Source of the DNA: Mytilus trossulus
Lineage: Eukaryota
Length of the DNA stretch: 64,000 nucleotides
Assembly (NCBI RefSeq): GCF_036588685.1
Contig: NC_086378.1
Coordinates: 88,164,001-88,228,000 of the forward strand
Reading direction: 5' to 3'
The notes below the pieces were generated by a model that was not told where the DNA came from, did no database searches, and saw nothing but the letters and a program-made list of their open reading frames with translations. Position 1 is the first letter of the stretch, and every line of letters begins with the position of its first letter. Of the stretch, positions 25,201 to 38,300 are shown one piece after another. The translations under genes and the position numbers were made by a program.

Positions 25201-28200
25201 CCATCTCCCTCAGTAAATGACGACCTAAGACGAGTTGGGCATTATTTAGGTTTCTTTTTAGTAATAATACTCCTCACGTTTACAGGTCTCATACATCCTA
25301 GTCTTTCAAATTTTGAAGGTTGGATCATTCCCAGTGGAGGTGAATCCACTTAATTTTTTAGTTTTTCATATTATTTGTGTGTTGTGTAAATGACCTGTGT
25401 AATTCTATGTAATTGTGACTGTATATATTTTGTTTTATAATAAAAGATTTAGTACTTACAATTTGTATCATCATCACCGGACCAAGAAAAGCCCATCTGG
25501 TTCCGTGCTCCGTAGGTAACCAGCATCTACAAACAACCGAAACATACTGTTAAATATAAAACTTATCTATAATTTATAGAATTAAAACAAATGATAACCC
25601 GGAAGAACTGTATTATGATTAACTTAAATCAAGGTGTAAGTTAAAGGATAACTGAACATCTGAAGTACACTAAAAAATTTAAAATGTTACCTTTTTTCTA
25701 ATCATCACTTGATTCAAAGCAAAAGTCCGGGTACTTTTGATAATACACCGGTTGTCGAGGTTATTCACAGGCCCAGCCTATTTGGACAAACATATCCGAA
25801 TTAATTCACACCATGTGATAGTTTATTAGCCAATAGATTAATGCAATTATACTATGAAGTATAAACAAAAATTAACTTACAAAGAACCTTTTCCAAAGTC
25901 TCCTCCTCGCAGCGAGACTGTCAATAAAGATATTATTAATGGCGCTCCCCAGCACATAAAAACAATCACTGGGCGTTTCTTCTTGATATCTCCAAAATTT
26001 TTCAACTGAAAACAATAATTTGTAAGTATATGAATGTAGGTTGAAAACAAACTTTTTACTTGTTTTTTTATATAGATTAGACCGTTGGTTTTTCCGTTTG
26101 AATGGTTTTACACTAGTAATTTTTGGGCTCTTTATAACTTGCTGTTCGGTGTGAGCCAAGGCTCCGTGTTTAAGGCCGTACATTGACCTATAATAATTTA
26201 CTTTTATAAATTGTTCTTTGGATGGAGAGTTGTCTCATTGGCACTCACACCACATCTTCCTATATCTATATGATTACAAAACTCCAATGTTTCAGTGTTA
26301 TCTGTCATTGGATAAATCAGCAATATGTTGGAAATAGAAGTAGTAGCTTGGTTTTGAATGTTATGCTGATATTATTTCTAATGATTAGCTTTGCTTGTTT
26401 TAAAAGTTTCGATCTATCTATCATCGTTTTCAAGGTAAAGTACTCAAAACTGCCAATAGTAAAAATCGTGATTACGAGTAAATAATTGATATACTGACGA
26501 TTCGGCAGTGGTGAATTATTTGAATATATTATTTTATTGTATAGCAATATAATATTTCCCACAGAACGTAACCAAAAATTAGCATGCAATAAATTATAAT
26601 ATTGCCCTAGTGCAATAAATCTTCAAAATTCATGACGTCATCAACGTTAAAATCTTAGTTTAAACCAATTTTTGCTTTCAAATAGCATTTTGCTATACAA
26701 TAAAAGGGTTATTGCATGAATATTGGGGAATATTGTCCCTCGTAGAACATATATTGCACTCACAAGCTCGTGCAATATAAAATTCTACTCGGGACAATAT
26801 TCCCCAATATTCATGCAATAACCCTATATTATTGATACGTTTAGCTCTTCACTTCAAAATCTATGCATTTTCATATAGATAAAACCGTTGGTTTTCCCGT
26901 TTGAATGGTTTTACAATAAGTATGTTTGGGGGCCTTTATAGCTTGCTGTTCGGTGTAAGACAAGGCTTTGTGTTGAAGGCCGGTCCTTGACCTAAAATGG
27001 TTTACTTTTAGAAATTGTTACTTGGATGGAGCGTTGTCTCATTGGCACTCATGTCACATCTTCATATATCTATTGTTTATCTATTTTCATGGAAGTTTAT
27101 AATTGTATTACCTTAGAGCATAGATGAATCCCATATGAGAAAGAACAGAAGTGGACAACAAGAAACAAATACTGTATAACAACTGTGGCGGATGTACACA
27201 TCCCCTAAAAATAGAAAATATAAAATGTCAATTTGATAAATCATATATAAGCAAACTAAAGCAACAACACAAAACGCTTATCTAGTAAACGGGAGCCAGC
27301 TGAAGCCCGCCTCTGCGTAATATTCTCGTTATGTTGAAAACATATCGGTGGGTTTCTGCTGTTTTCTGCTCTTTGGTTTGATTGTTGTCTCTTTTACACA
27401 TCCGAATTGCCATTCTCAATTTTAATAACACTTTGCTTTAAATCATATATTTTTTTATAAACCTAACTTTTATTGTAAAATATATTGCAATCGAATAACA
27501 TTTATAAAACTCAGATTTCAATATTAACGTTACAAAATATGAGAAAGACAGACATTTACATATTTTGTTAACATTTTACCTTTTCGGGATATGCATTTTC
27601 TGCTGCTATGAACGCCAGTTGTGATGTCACCAAACTGATGCAAAGATTTGTTAATATGAACGTGCTGTCATTTCCTACACTACAATTATAAACACAGATT
27701 ATCAAGGCCTCAATTTGACTTTAAGATTGTAAACAGCAATAAAAACATTGCTACTGCTAATGCATACAACAGTTATCAAAGGTACATATAAAAGGTTGAT
27801 GTCTAAAATTATTTCTCAACATGCTTTTCGTTGTCATCATATTTGCGATAAGATAACTTAACCCAAATATTTTTCGCAAGCATTACGAGTAGAAAAATAA
27901 CGTGAATATAAAAAGCCGAGTTTGTGTTGCCCAGTCTATAAGTTTGTTTGTGTTTTTTTGTACTGCTGTTTGTGTTTTGCACAAACTGGTCGTTTCTTGA
28001 AAGAAATATCATCAACGTGAGACTCAGAAAATCGTGATAATAAATCGTTGCAGACTAGAAAGTAAAAAATGATTAAAACTACCCGGATTATAAGTTGGTA
28101 TACAGCAAAAATATCTGTTTTTTCTAGTGTTTTACTTTGACCATTTGATGCATTATGTTTATGTCTCACTTAGAATTGATTTTCAAAGTTTTTTCGTAGG

Positions 28201-29125
28201 AAACATACTTTGGAAAACATTTACTACTTATGAAATCGAATGTGTTTGGAAACTGAATTATTATTATATTTTTATGTCTTTTGACAATAAGAGTTTTTTG
28301 TCACGAAAACAACTGTTATCATTTCTCTTCCTAATGTTTCATAGTTTTAGTTTTCAACGTCTGTTTTCCGTGGAAGTACTGGATATTTTGTACCCATTCA
28401 AGAATGATTATGTAATCAACTTGTAATTCATAACTTTAAGCATGCAACCTGGAGTAACACTTTGAATGAACTTCAATTGAATTTGAATTTCTAACTACTT
28501 ACGGAAGAAAGCATATCAAGCATAACGACAGCATAGTACCAACGAATGAAAATCCACACCCGGTTACTGTTAACTTTATTAGATTAGCATTGTCACCATC
28601 AGTCACCTAGATGGATTACAAACATTTAATTACTTTGTTTTTTGATAATAATGGAAATACAATACTTTTACTGACAAAAATGCTTCAAAAATAATTTTGG
28701 CTAAGTCTTTGACTGAACATAGATCAGATTTACAAGAAAGATACGTTATTTGTACAAACACAATTATATTGATAGAAACTAGTCGGTGCATATTCACCCT
28801 GTGGATTTTTTGTTATACTTTTCTGTTATTATTTAGATATAGGAAGATGTGGTGTGAGTGCCAATGAGACAACGCTCCATCCAAATAACAATTTCAAAAA
28901 AAAAGTAAATCATTATAGGTCAATGTATACAAATTATTTTACACATTTTTACACATTTTTAGGTATAATAAAGTGAGTGAAATGTTATATGCAATAAAAG
29001 GCAAAAGCAAAGTCTGGAAACAGGCAGAGATTATTCTCAGTCGGAGTTATTTAAAACAAACTTGAATTGAATTATATACTCACTGTTTTATTCCCCAGTT
29101 CCATCAAAAATAAGTAGTTTGCCAT
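19248..29125 (-). CDS. Adhesion-class (family B2) 7TM GPCR lacking an N-terminal ectodomain, about 375 aa
   Basis: Exons 29125-29084, 28606-28503, 27679-27580, 27204-27112, 26005-25881, 25526-25460, 24394-24309, 22898-22772, 22422-22235, 20289-20242, 19395-19248 sum to 1128 nt in frame. Motifs LTVTGCGFS (TM1), NLCISL (TM2), C..ATVVIQYLFL (TM3), CWGAP (TM4), CWL (ECL2), WAFLGP (TM5), LLSVLGLTWTLG (TM6), YVFVFLASTQGMLLFFCH (TM7). The last three exons are less certain. Confidence 0.85.
19645..19690 (+). repeat. Degenerate hammerhead-retrozyme fragment
   Basis: GAGCATCACTAATGAGTCTTTTTAAGAAGAAACGCGCTTCTGG is homologous to 38330-38373 with a mutated core. A similar degenerate copy lies at about 23510-23640 on the minus strand. 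Confidence 0.55.
20755..20960 (-). mobile_element. HINE-like element, inverted partial copy of 12853-13195
   Basis: (GAAC/GGAC)n microsatellite, ATGCCCCTC...GAGGGGCAT palindrome and the core unit. Confidence 0.6.
26706..26824. repeat. Near-perfect 119-bp palindrome within a MITE-like insert in a GPCR intron
   Basis: 33-bp exact inverted arms GGGTTATTGCATGAATATTGGGGAATATTGTCC, with further inner pairing (GTAGAA/TTCTAC, TATATTGCAC/GTGCAATATA). Confidence 0.9.
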
Positions 29126-30957
29126 CTTTGCTAATGAAAAGAGAAAAATGTCATTTGAAATTTTGAATAAACAGAAAATCATATTCAATAATGGAAAGAA
29201 GATAAACATCAAACTTTAAACTTGCTAAGAAACAGAAAACACAAAGAAAGAGAAAATATTTAAAAAAGAAAGGAATACAAAACCATTTAAGGTACACAAT
29301 CGACATTAAGTCTAAATAAAACAGACATCACCGTGGCCAATAGAAAAACGACAAGAAGACAAACAACGATAACAAAACACTTCACAGAAAAACAATGCTT
29401 GAGCAACACGAACCCCAACAAAAACCAGCGTCAACTCAGGTGCTCCAGAATGGTAAACCATTACTTTATCATATTTAACTCCCAAATGTTATATACTTAT
29501 ATTTTGATTCATCTTTTTTGGCATGCTATTTGTTTTCGAATTAAATGAAAGAGAAACATAATAGTAAATAAGTCCGCTAATAATATAAAAGCTCAATGTT
29601 TCTAAAAAATACAATAAACGAGTAAATGAATAAAAACTGATAAAACTTTTTTTATGTCGCAATATGAAAAAATCCACATACCTTCTTTTACTTCTCCTGT
29701 TCGTTTTAGATGCAAATACGAACTGCCATCCAGGAAAACATGAGTATGATGGAAAAGAAGTAAAACGCATTATTTTTTATCCTATTACTTGGGTGCGGAA
29801 AATTCTCTATTAAATCGTATTATTTCTAAGTAATTACCAACAGATATGTATTAAATCGTAAAGAAATTTTAATTAATATTTGACATGCGAGGTATCTATT
29901 GCAAAAGAAGCTCAGTATGACTTTTTGATTGTGTACTGCCGTAGTACGTTGATCTGGTGTTGTTTTCTTCCTTGTCCAATTTTCAAATCGTGGAATTTTG
30001 TTTTCATTGCAGTCATATCAAAGCTTCTTACTTTCCTACTATATTTCAAAGATAACAACATGGATTCTTATTTGAACAGCCTGCAGAGCAAAATGAAAAT
30101 CCTCTTAGATAGTTTTGCTCTATGAAGGAAGTCTCTATGGTTAAAAAAAAGCTTTTAGGAAGCGATGTATTCATGATATGCACCTACCAGCTTAAATCGA
30201 AGCACATAATCTATAGTGAAGAAAAGAGAGAAAAAAAATTTAGAATGGTTCACCCATCCTTTCATTATGTAAACTTAAAAAAAGTTAATATAGGCATACA
30301 TCTCTTTTAATCTTAACCCTTGTCGTGCGGGGGCCGTAATATTACGGCTGTACCCAGAATACCGTTATTTTGGCATCAATGGCGCTCCATACATGTAGAG
30401 GTCATCGTAATACCATTTAATTCGTAGTGATCCGTAGTGTATGCACGTTTCCTCAATCTGAAACTATTCATGTCATGTTTCTCACTTTAAATATTCAGTT
30501 TGAGCTTAAATACGAACTTCAAAATTTGATATCGGACAAAATTGTTTTTTTTTTTTAGGGGTGGGCTTACCTTCAAGGTCTTAATCACGGCATAGAGTTC
30601 AGAGGACTGAAACCTTGACAAATACCGTTAACATAAAGGCAAATAACGACTGGTCGTGTTTATTATCAAAATACGCCGAGGAAACGACTACTTCCGGTTG
30701 CAAGTCCAGTTAAAGTTCAAAATTGGAAAAATCCCGAATTTTGTGAATTTTGGTGCAAATGACCTTCTTTACACTGATAAACCCAGATCAGTTTCACTCC
30801 GACCTAACAACTGTTCTGATAAAAGTGTTCACTGGTGTCCATTCTACATGTAAACTACAGATGGATGCATCTTTTAGCATCTCTCGGACTTACAGGTCGA
30901 GAAAAAGAACGAAAAAACGTCAAAATTGACGCTTTTTGTACCTGAGGACCAACTTTG

Positions 30958-32430
30958 ATTGCCAATGAGACAACTATCCACAAAAGACCAAAACGACACA
31001 AACATTAACATTTATAGGTCACCGTACGGCCTTCAACAATGAGCAAAGCCCATACCGCATAGTCAGCTATAAAAGGCCCCGATAAGACAATGTAAAAAAA
31101 TTCAAACGAGAAAACTAAGGCCTTATTTATGTAAAAAAAATGAACGAAAAACAAATATGTAACACATAAACAAACGACAACCACTGAATTACAGACTCCT
31201 GACTTGGGACAGGCACATACATAAATAATGTGGCGGGGTTAAACATGTTAGCGGAATCCCAACCCTCCCCCTAACCTGGGACAGTGGTATAACAGTACAA
31301 CATAAGAACGAACTATAAAAATCAGTTGAAAAAGGCTTAACTCATTAGATAGACAAAAAATACAAGTGGACGTGGCCGGGTACTTATACACCCCGACACA
31401 AAAAGACACAATGAGCAGATCTGAGAGTACTCGCAGTTATCTAACAGCTAGTTCAAAGCCACTAACAACTAATAAAAAAAGTCATGCCTCTAAGACTACA
31501 AACTCAATCCGTACACATCCAACATACAATGGATTTAGTGTAAAGACGTCATAAACAGCCGGAGAAAAACATGACCTTGTACAATGCCAAGTAACAGGTA
31601 TCGACAGATTGTAGATCCATGAAAATGTATATGTATATAACATACTAGTAATATTTAGTTAGCTTTTAATCTACTAACAACAAAATCAATATTTTTACCA
31701 ATAAAAACAATATTTAATGATCTTATTACAGTGTTGAATAGGTAACCTTTTAGAATACGTTTAATTAAAGAAGCAACAAGTTTACATTGATAATTTCTAA
31801 ATTTCCGGGCACGGTTAACAACATTTCCGTAAAAATGAGGATGTGCTATCCCGTTTGAAATAAGTTTTCTACAGGTACAACCAAACTTCAAAACCAAATC
31901 TTTATATCTATGGATAAATTTAGTAAAGGTTTTAAGTAATTTATGGTAACGATATTCCTGGTTTAATAATTTACCAGTAATACATAGGTTGCGTTCGTTA
32001 AAATCAAAAACGTCACAACAGACACGGCCATAGCGAACAAGTTGTGAAATACAAACACCGTAAGATGGAACATGACCATCTAAAAATGGAAAATTAACAA
32101 TAGGGAACGAAAAATCGTCTCTTTTCTCGTAAATTTTAGTGTGTAGTTTCCCTTTAAAACCGAAATATCTAAATCCAGGAAAGGACAGTTATTACTGAAT
32201 ACATTTGATTTATTTAAAGTATAAGTTCCTTGAGACAAATTTCAGCAGTATGTTGAGAAAATTCTTGATTATTTAACGAAAAATATCATCAAGATAACGG
32301 TAAGTGTTGTTGAATTTATCAATTAAATGCAATTTTGACGGGTCTTTACTGAGTTTAGTCATAAACTGTGATTCGTAACAGTACAAAAACAAGTCTGCTA
32401 TTAAAGGGGCACACTTAGTGCCCATGGGGG
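30958..32430 (-). mobile_element. Penelope-like retroelement (Naiad-type): RT core and thumb plus 3' tail, 5'-truncated and frameshifted
   Basis: PMGTKCAPLIADLFLYCYE, RYLDDI, PFLDLDI, YEKRDDFSFPIVNFPFL, YGVCISQLVRY...KLLNQ. The ORF ends without a C-terminal GIY-YIG domain and is followed by a SECIS-like hairpin. Confidence 0.85.
31494..31560 (-). promoter_or_regulatory. SECIS-like element (type II)
   Basis: Minus strand: helix I GGCUG/UAGUC; core AUGAC...UGAG; helix II GUCUUUACAC/GUGUACGGAU; AAA; mini-stem UCCA/UGGA. Confidence 0.72.
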
Positions 32431-33544
32431 AGTCCATTTATAGCTGCATATCAGTTATGAGTTGTGCTCAGTTGGAAGAATAAAGGCAACAGTAGTATAC
32501 GGCTGTTCAAAACTCGTAAATCTAGGGACAAAAAAGAAAATCGGGGTATACAAACTGAAACTGAGGGAAACGCATCAAATATAAGAGGAGAACAACGACA
32601 CAACATTAAAATGTAGCACACATAGAAACGGACTAAGCATTAGACAAAATCCGATGAGAATAAGAAATATAACATCAAAACTAAATACACGAATTTGGAA
32701 GGCCGAACGGCGACCGATAGATGATAATTTCCCTGTCATTTTTGTCTCTTATAAAGAGTTGTCTCGTTGAAAATTATACCCCATCTTCTTATTTTATGTA
32801 TAATATCTGAGCGATGAACCAAATATCTTTATTGTTTGTGACGATATGGTGACCTCTTACTATATGCCTTTAACATATATGGTTACTGGGACATTTCACC
32901 AAACACTACATCATCTCCCCCTCCCCATAGTTTCCCCGACGATTAACAGTTGTGGGAGGTTTTATTATACGTATTCGTATAGTATATCATGTTTAACCTT
33001 TTCCGTTATCTACTCTTTTTCTTTGAAACGTAATGCAATTTGTAAATATCCCTGATTAATTTAAATACGGATAATTGACTCGTGTTGTGTACATAGAGTA
33101 TTGATTCCTGATAGATCAGACTGAAAGTTAATTTATGATGTTAAATCTTTTGAGGGTTTCATTGATCAATATGTATTATATAGCTTTTAATAATTTTGAA
33201 AGGTATTACTTATGTGACATGTGTCAATATCTTGTTAGACCAGTATTTTATAAATGTGCTTTTCCTGGGTTTAATAACATGTTTTGTTATCGCTTAGGTT
33301 CAGTTTTTCATTGGTAAAAATTTATTAATGTCATCAAATTTTCGCGAAAAAGTCTAAATTAAATAAATAACAAAGCATGAGCTCAATCTATCCAAGGCTA
33401 TGTAATGGTTATCTTTCTGATAATGTTTTACATCTCACCTCCTTTTAAAAAAAATAGCTGATTCATAGATCAAATTTATTCATTCACTGTATGTTCACTA
33501 GTTACACTATTGTTTCAGGTAAGAAGGAAGTTTGGCGCCTATTA

Positions 33545-33950
33545 AATAAAGGCAACAATAGTATACCGATGTTCAAAACTCATAAAACCATGGACAAAAA
33601 ACAAAATCGGGGTTACAAACTAAAACCGAGGGAAACGCATTAAATATAAGAGGAGAACAAAGACATAACACTAAAATGTAACACACAAAGAAACGGACCG
33701 AGCATCAGACAAATTCCCACGAGATATAACAAATATAACATCAAAACCAAATACATCAATTTGGGATAGACAAGTACCGTGACACGTCTTATCGCAATGT
33801 GAATTTACACATTAAAAAAAAAAGAGAAAACAAACGACACAACTTTAAAATGTAATACACACAGAAACGAACAATAATATAGCAATGGTCATATTCCTGA
33901 CTGGGTACAGGGCATTTTTAAAGCAAAAAATGGTGGGTTGAACCTGGTTT
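33545..33950 (-). repeat. Interspersed repeat family (copies at about 3614-3910, 32483-32700, 35575-35625, 63388-63600)
   Basis: Shared terminus ATAAAGGCAACAGTAGTATACCGCTGTTC and collinear downstream sequence. Confidence 0.7.
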
Positions 33951-35302
33951 TAAAACGTTTAAACCAGTTGCATATGGTTGCAGATGTCGTTTCTCAGGAA
34001 CCTGATGTTCAATGGTTGTCGTTTGTTGATTTGATTCATAAGTGTTTTTGAGATAAATAGCTCAGTTGTTTTTTCTGTTTGTATGATTTTACACTAGTCA
34101 TTTTTGGGCCCGTTAGGCCCGTAATAGCTTGCTGTTCGGAGTGAGCAATGACTCCGTGGTGAATTTGTTCTTACTTTTGCAATTGTGACTGGGATGTAGA
34201 GTTATCTCATTGGCACTCATACCACATCTTTTGATACCTATTTGCTCTATAATAAATACATTCATTTCGTGTATATTTTTGTCTGGACGTCAGATAGTTC
34301 AGCATCAAGATTACCTTCGATAGTCATATAAGCCGATTAAATCAAAAATATAAATAGATAGCGACCACGTGTAATTGGAATTTATTTTCTAGGTCTGCTT
34401 GATTCATGAATTATTTGTAAAAAGTTTATAATTATAGGTCAAACTTTAACTTTTCAACACGCAACCTTGGCTCCTACCGAACAGCAAAAATTCAAACGGC
34501 AAAATCAAAAGCTCAAACACATAAAACGAATGGACAACAAATGTCATATTCCTGAAATGAACAGTGCCAACCCTAAACAAGATTACGTTAATAAAACATC
34601 AATCACAGGTAAATTTGAATATTTTAATTTTGTAGTTGGAAGCACGAAATTAAACATGTTTTACAAAATTGATAAATTTGTTGTTCATAGTACGAGTAAA
34701 GTGGTGAAAATTTATCGTCATACTAATTTATAAAATACATATCAAAGGTGGTACATTAAAAATAGTGAGACGAGAAATAACACAAAACAAATACAGATTG
34801 AGTTACAGTAATGCAATAAAAATTGTATCAACTGGTCAAATTAACATGAAAGTACAATTTAAGAGTACTCATTGTTTCTTAAAAATTAAAAAAAAAAAAT
34901 AACAACAAAAAATCATGAATCAGAGAAAAAAATCTAACCTTATGATAAATGTGTATTATATACAGATAAAGCAATCTCTAAAAGGAAAATAAACGGGGAT
35001 GTGTCCTTATACAGTGTACATCCCTAAAATCATTCGAAAAGAATGCAAATTCAATTATGTTTTCAATTTGTCGATGACATAATAGATGTGTATACCCATG
35101 CAAACGATACTCAAAGATCTTATTTCAACAATTTAATTCATTTCAATTCAAATTGAAGTGATGATATAGCATTTAAAAAATCTCCAAATCAGTCTAAAAA
35201 GAACATATGTTTAAGACAGTTACTCAATTTTCATACGTTAAAATGATTTTTTTTCAAACAAAAGATCAATCTGTTAACTATTAATTGGTATTCCTCAATT
35301 AA

Positions 35303-38300
35303 TTATGAAAGTGTTACTGTGTCGGCTTCACATATAAATGGGGCTTCCACATTGCAATCGTCATCATCCCATTGATAGCTTTGATCTGGTACTACTTTAA
35401 TACAGTTCTGATACTGCACTACATTTGAAGGCTCTCTGGGAGACCAGTTAGTCCATATGAGAGATGCTCCTACGCTTGTAGTAAATGTTCCATTGTGTCC
35501 CAGATCTATACCATCCATCCAAAAAGGAGCTGGGATCACAAATGACAAAGAAAATTAAATGTTTATTGCACATCAAGACAACAGTAGTATACCGCTGTTC
35601 GAAACTCATAAATCGATTGAGAGAAAAAAACATATCTGTAGATAAATCTACAAGTTAAACAGATGACTACTATAAAAGTTTGTATGTTGTCATTCTAATA
35701 TGCAATCTTAAATAAATCTTACATTGTGAAAAGTGTATCTTTTACCCTTTAAACAGATATTAGTTTATATAAATAATGTTAATACGGTATCTTTTTAAGT
35801 ACACATTGATACATAATCATTTTACATGTAAGGAACCTGAACCAGTGGTTGTCGTTTGTTGATGTGGTTCATAAATGTTTCTTGTTTCTTATATTTTTTT
35901 TATAGATTATACCGTTGGTTTTTAACATTTGAATGGTTTTACACTACTCGTTTTGGGAGATATTTATAGCTTACTGTTCGGTGTGAGACAAGACTCCGCG
36001 TTGAAGACCGTACTTTGACCTATACATGCTATAATGGTTTACTTTTACAAATTGTGTCTTCAATTGAGAGTAACTGTTGTCTCATTGGCACTTATACAAC
36101 ATTTGCTGATATCTACTTATTATGTATCTTTATTAATCATATGATTACCTGTATCAGTGGTTTCATTTATAATTGTCTTAAGAGCATTTGATGTCAAGTC
36201 ACTGTCAATCAGAATCAATATATGACCATCAGTTTTACATGTATCCAGTGCATTTTGCCAGCTGTTTCCGACACGGTAGTATTTGAAGCACTTTCCGGAT
36301 GCCGATGTGAAACCCCGGGGACAATTTACTGAAATGAAAATGAAATAATATCAGTTTGTTTTATATCACCACCATTCCTTTTTCAAAAATAATGTCTTCT
36401 CTGAAAAAAAAGCATTAGCATCACACAGCTTTAATAAATATATAAAAAGTAAAAACACAAAAATACTGAACTTCGAGGAAAATTCAAAATTAACTATAAA
36501 CACGTCTTTGATCTTATCTTTTTTTTTGTAAGTTAATGTTTTTGTGAATAAAGAAAAAAAAACATAAACTATTATATATATATTGAACCAAATGTCTTTT
36601 GGATTTATTGTTTGCAATATGGATGCAAAATTTGACAAAACAATTCTTGTATAATACTATAATCTTGTATCATAGTCATGATCGATTCGGAAATCAAAAC
36701 CTACATAGCAAAATCTTAAATAACTCGATAATAGTCCTATACGTTTACTCCATTAAGATATTTAAACGATAAATATTATTAGATTTTATTAATTTTAGAT
36801 ACCTTGACATTCGTCCAATGTGCATGTTTGTTGTTCCATGCTCTCTCCTTGACAGTCACTTCCGGTCGAGTTTGTACAATTCCGTGTTCTAGTTTGATTC
36901 CCTTGTCCACATTGGACGCTGCACTGAGACCAAATTGTCCACTCGCTCCAGTTACCGCTTACTCCTGAAAAAAATAGTTCAATTAAATGTATCGTTAAGC
37001 AGTTTTATTTTGTACTTCACAAAAAGTAAATAATGATTCCACATGTCACCCATAACGGCGTTATTGGCAAGTGAAATTAAGCTGGTACGCCAAATTCCTT
37101 ATGTCATCACCATGTAAAGGAGGGTAATATCACATACAGTTCAATGAAACTTGACCCACTGTAAAATTTCCACATTACCATACGAACCATTGATCCAATT
37201 CTTTGTTTAAAAGCAGCAACTCATAGTGTCTGTCTCCTATTTTCCTTTGTCTTGCATAATCCTTTTAAGAATGCATTCGAGTTTTAAAGTCATTAGAACT
37301 AAATCACTAAATCCATATGGATATATCAAACTAATAAAATCACAATAATTAAAATAGGAAAACCCTTAAGCAATTAAAAAACAAACCATGACAACTTCCT
37401 TGGCAAGGTACGTCTTCTTGGCTCCAACGTTCACAGTCAGCACCACCTTGATGTGGAATAGGTTCTATACACGTTCTTCTCCTTGATGAGTTGCCGGTCT
37501 TTCCACAGTCGGCACTACAGTCACTCCATTCTGTCCAAACTGTCCATCCATCACCATCTGGAAATAATTGGAATGTATATAAACAGGTATTTTCAAAACT
37601 TAAAATTGAAGTATTGAATTAAGAGCTTAGCCTATTGTTTGTCTTCGACTGCATTATCAACTATGTACATTGTTTATAATATAATAATGATATGTGCATG
37701 ACAACGTGTTTCTATTGATACATTGACACTTGTATTTATCTCGAGATTTAATTTAATTTCAAGATTTTATAAATTTAATTTTTTTATATACTTTCATATT
37801 TTTTTCAATTAAATTGTACGATTAATTTTTATAAACTGAAGAACAAATAGTGGACGATATTAGCAAGCGAAATCAAGGGCATTGTGCAAATGATAATACA
37901 AGCATGAAAATTAGCTCAAAGCATCATTATTATATACTGTTTAAGAAAAACTGCTGGATAATATTTTCAAAATAGCCACGGCCATTTTCTAAAATGGCTG
38001 AGTGTTTTTCAGTTGAAAAATGTTGATTTTTCTGGAAACTTTTCTTTGACGTTCTTTCTGTCGATGCCACTGCTGGCGGAGATTTATTTCCCCGAGGGTA
38101 TCACAGGCCCAGTAGTCAGAACTATTTGTGCTATTTGTGCTGACATGAATTATCATTGATATTGTTAGATTTATAAATTAACTGTTTACAAAATATTGAT
38201 TTTTTTCAAATACTCCGGCTTTTATAGATTACCTTAGCTGAATTTGGCAACACTTTTAGGAATTTTGGATCTCAATGCTCTTCAATTTCGTACTTTATTT

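Noticed and set aside
30313-30945. piggyBac-like MITE starting TTAA-CCCT
   Set aside because: No matching right terminus found; the sequence is cut by the Penelope-like insertion.
29130-35300. Hidden GAIN/GPS exons joining the lectin gene to the 7TM gene
   Set aside because: No CxW...WxxxGC...CxCxHL pattern seen and the interval is mostly repeats; a very diverged exon cannot be excluded without an HMM search.
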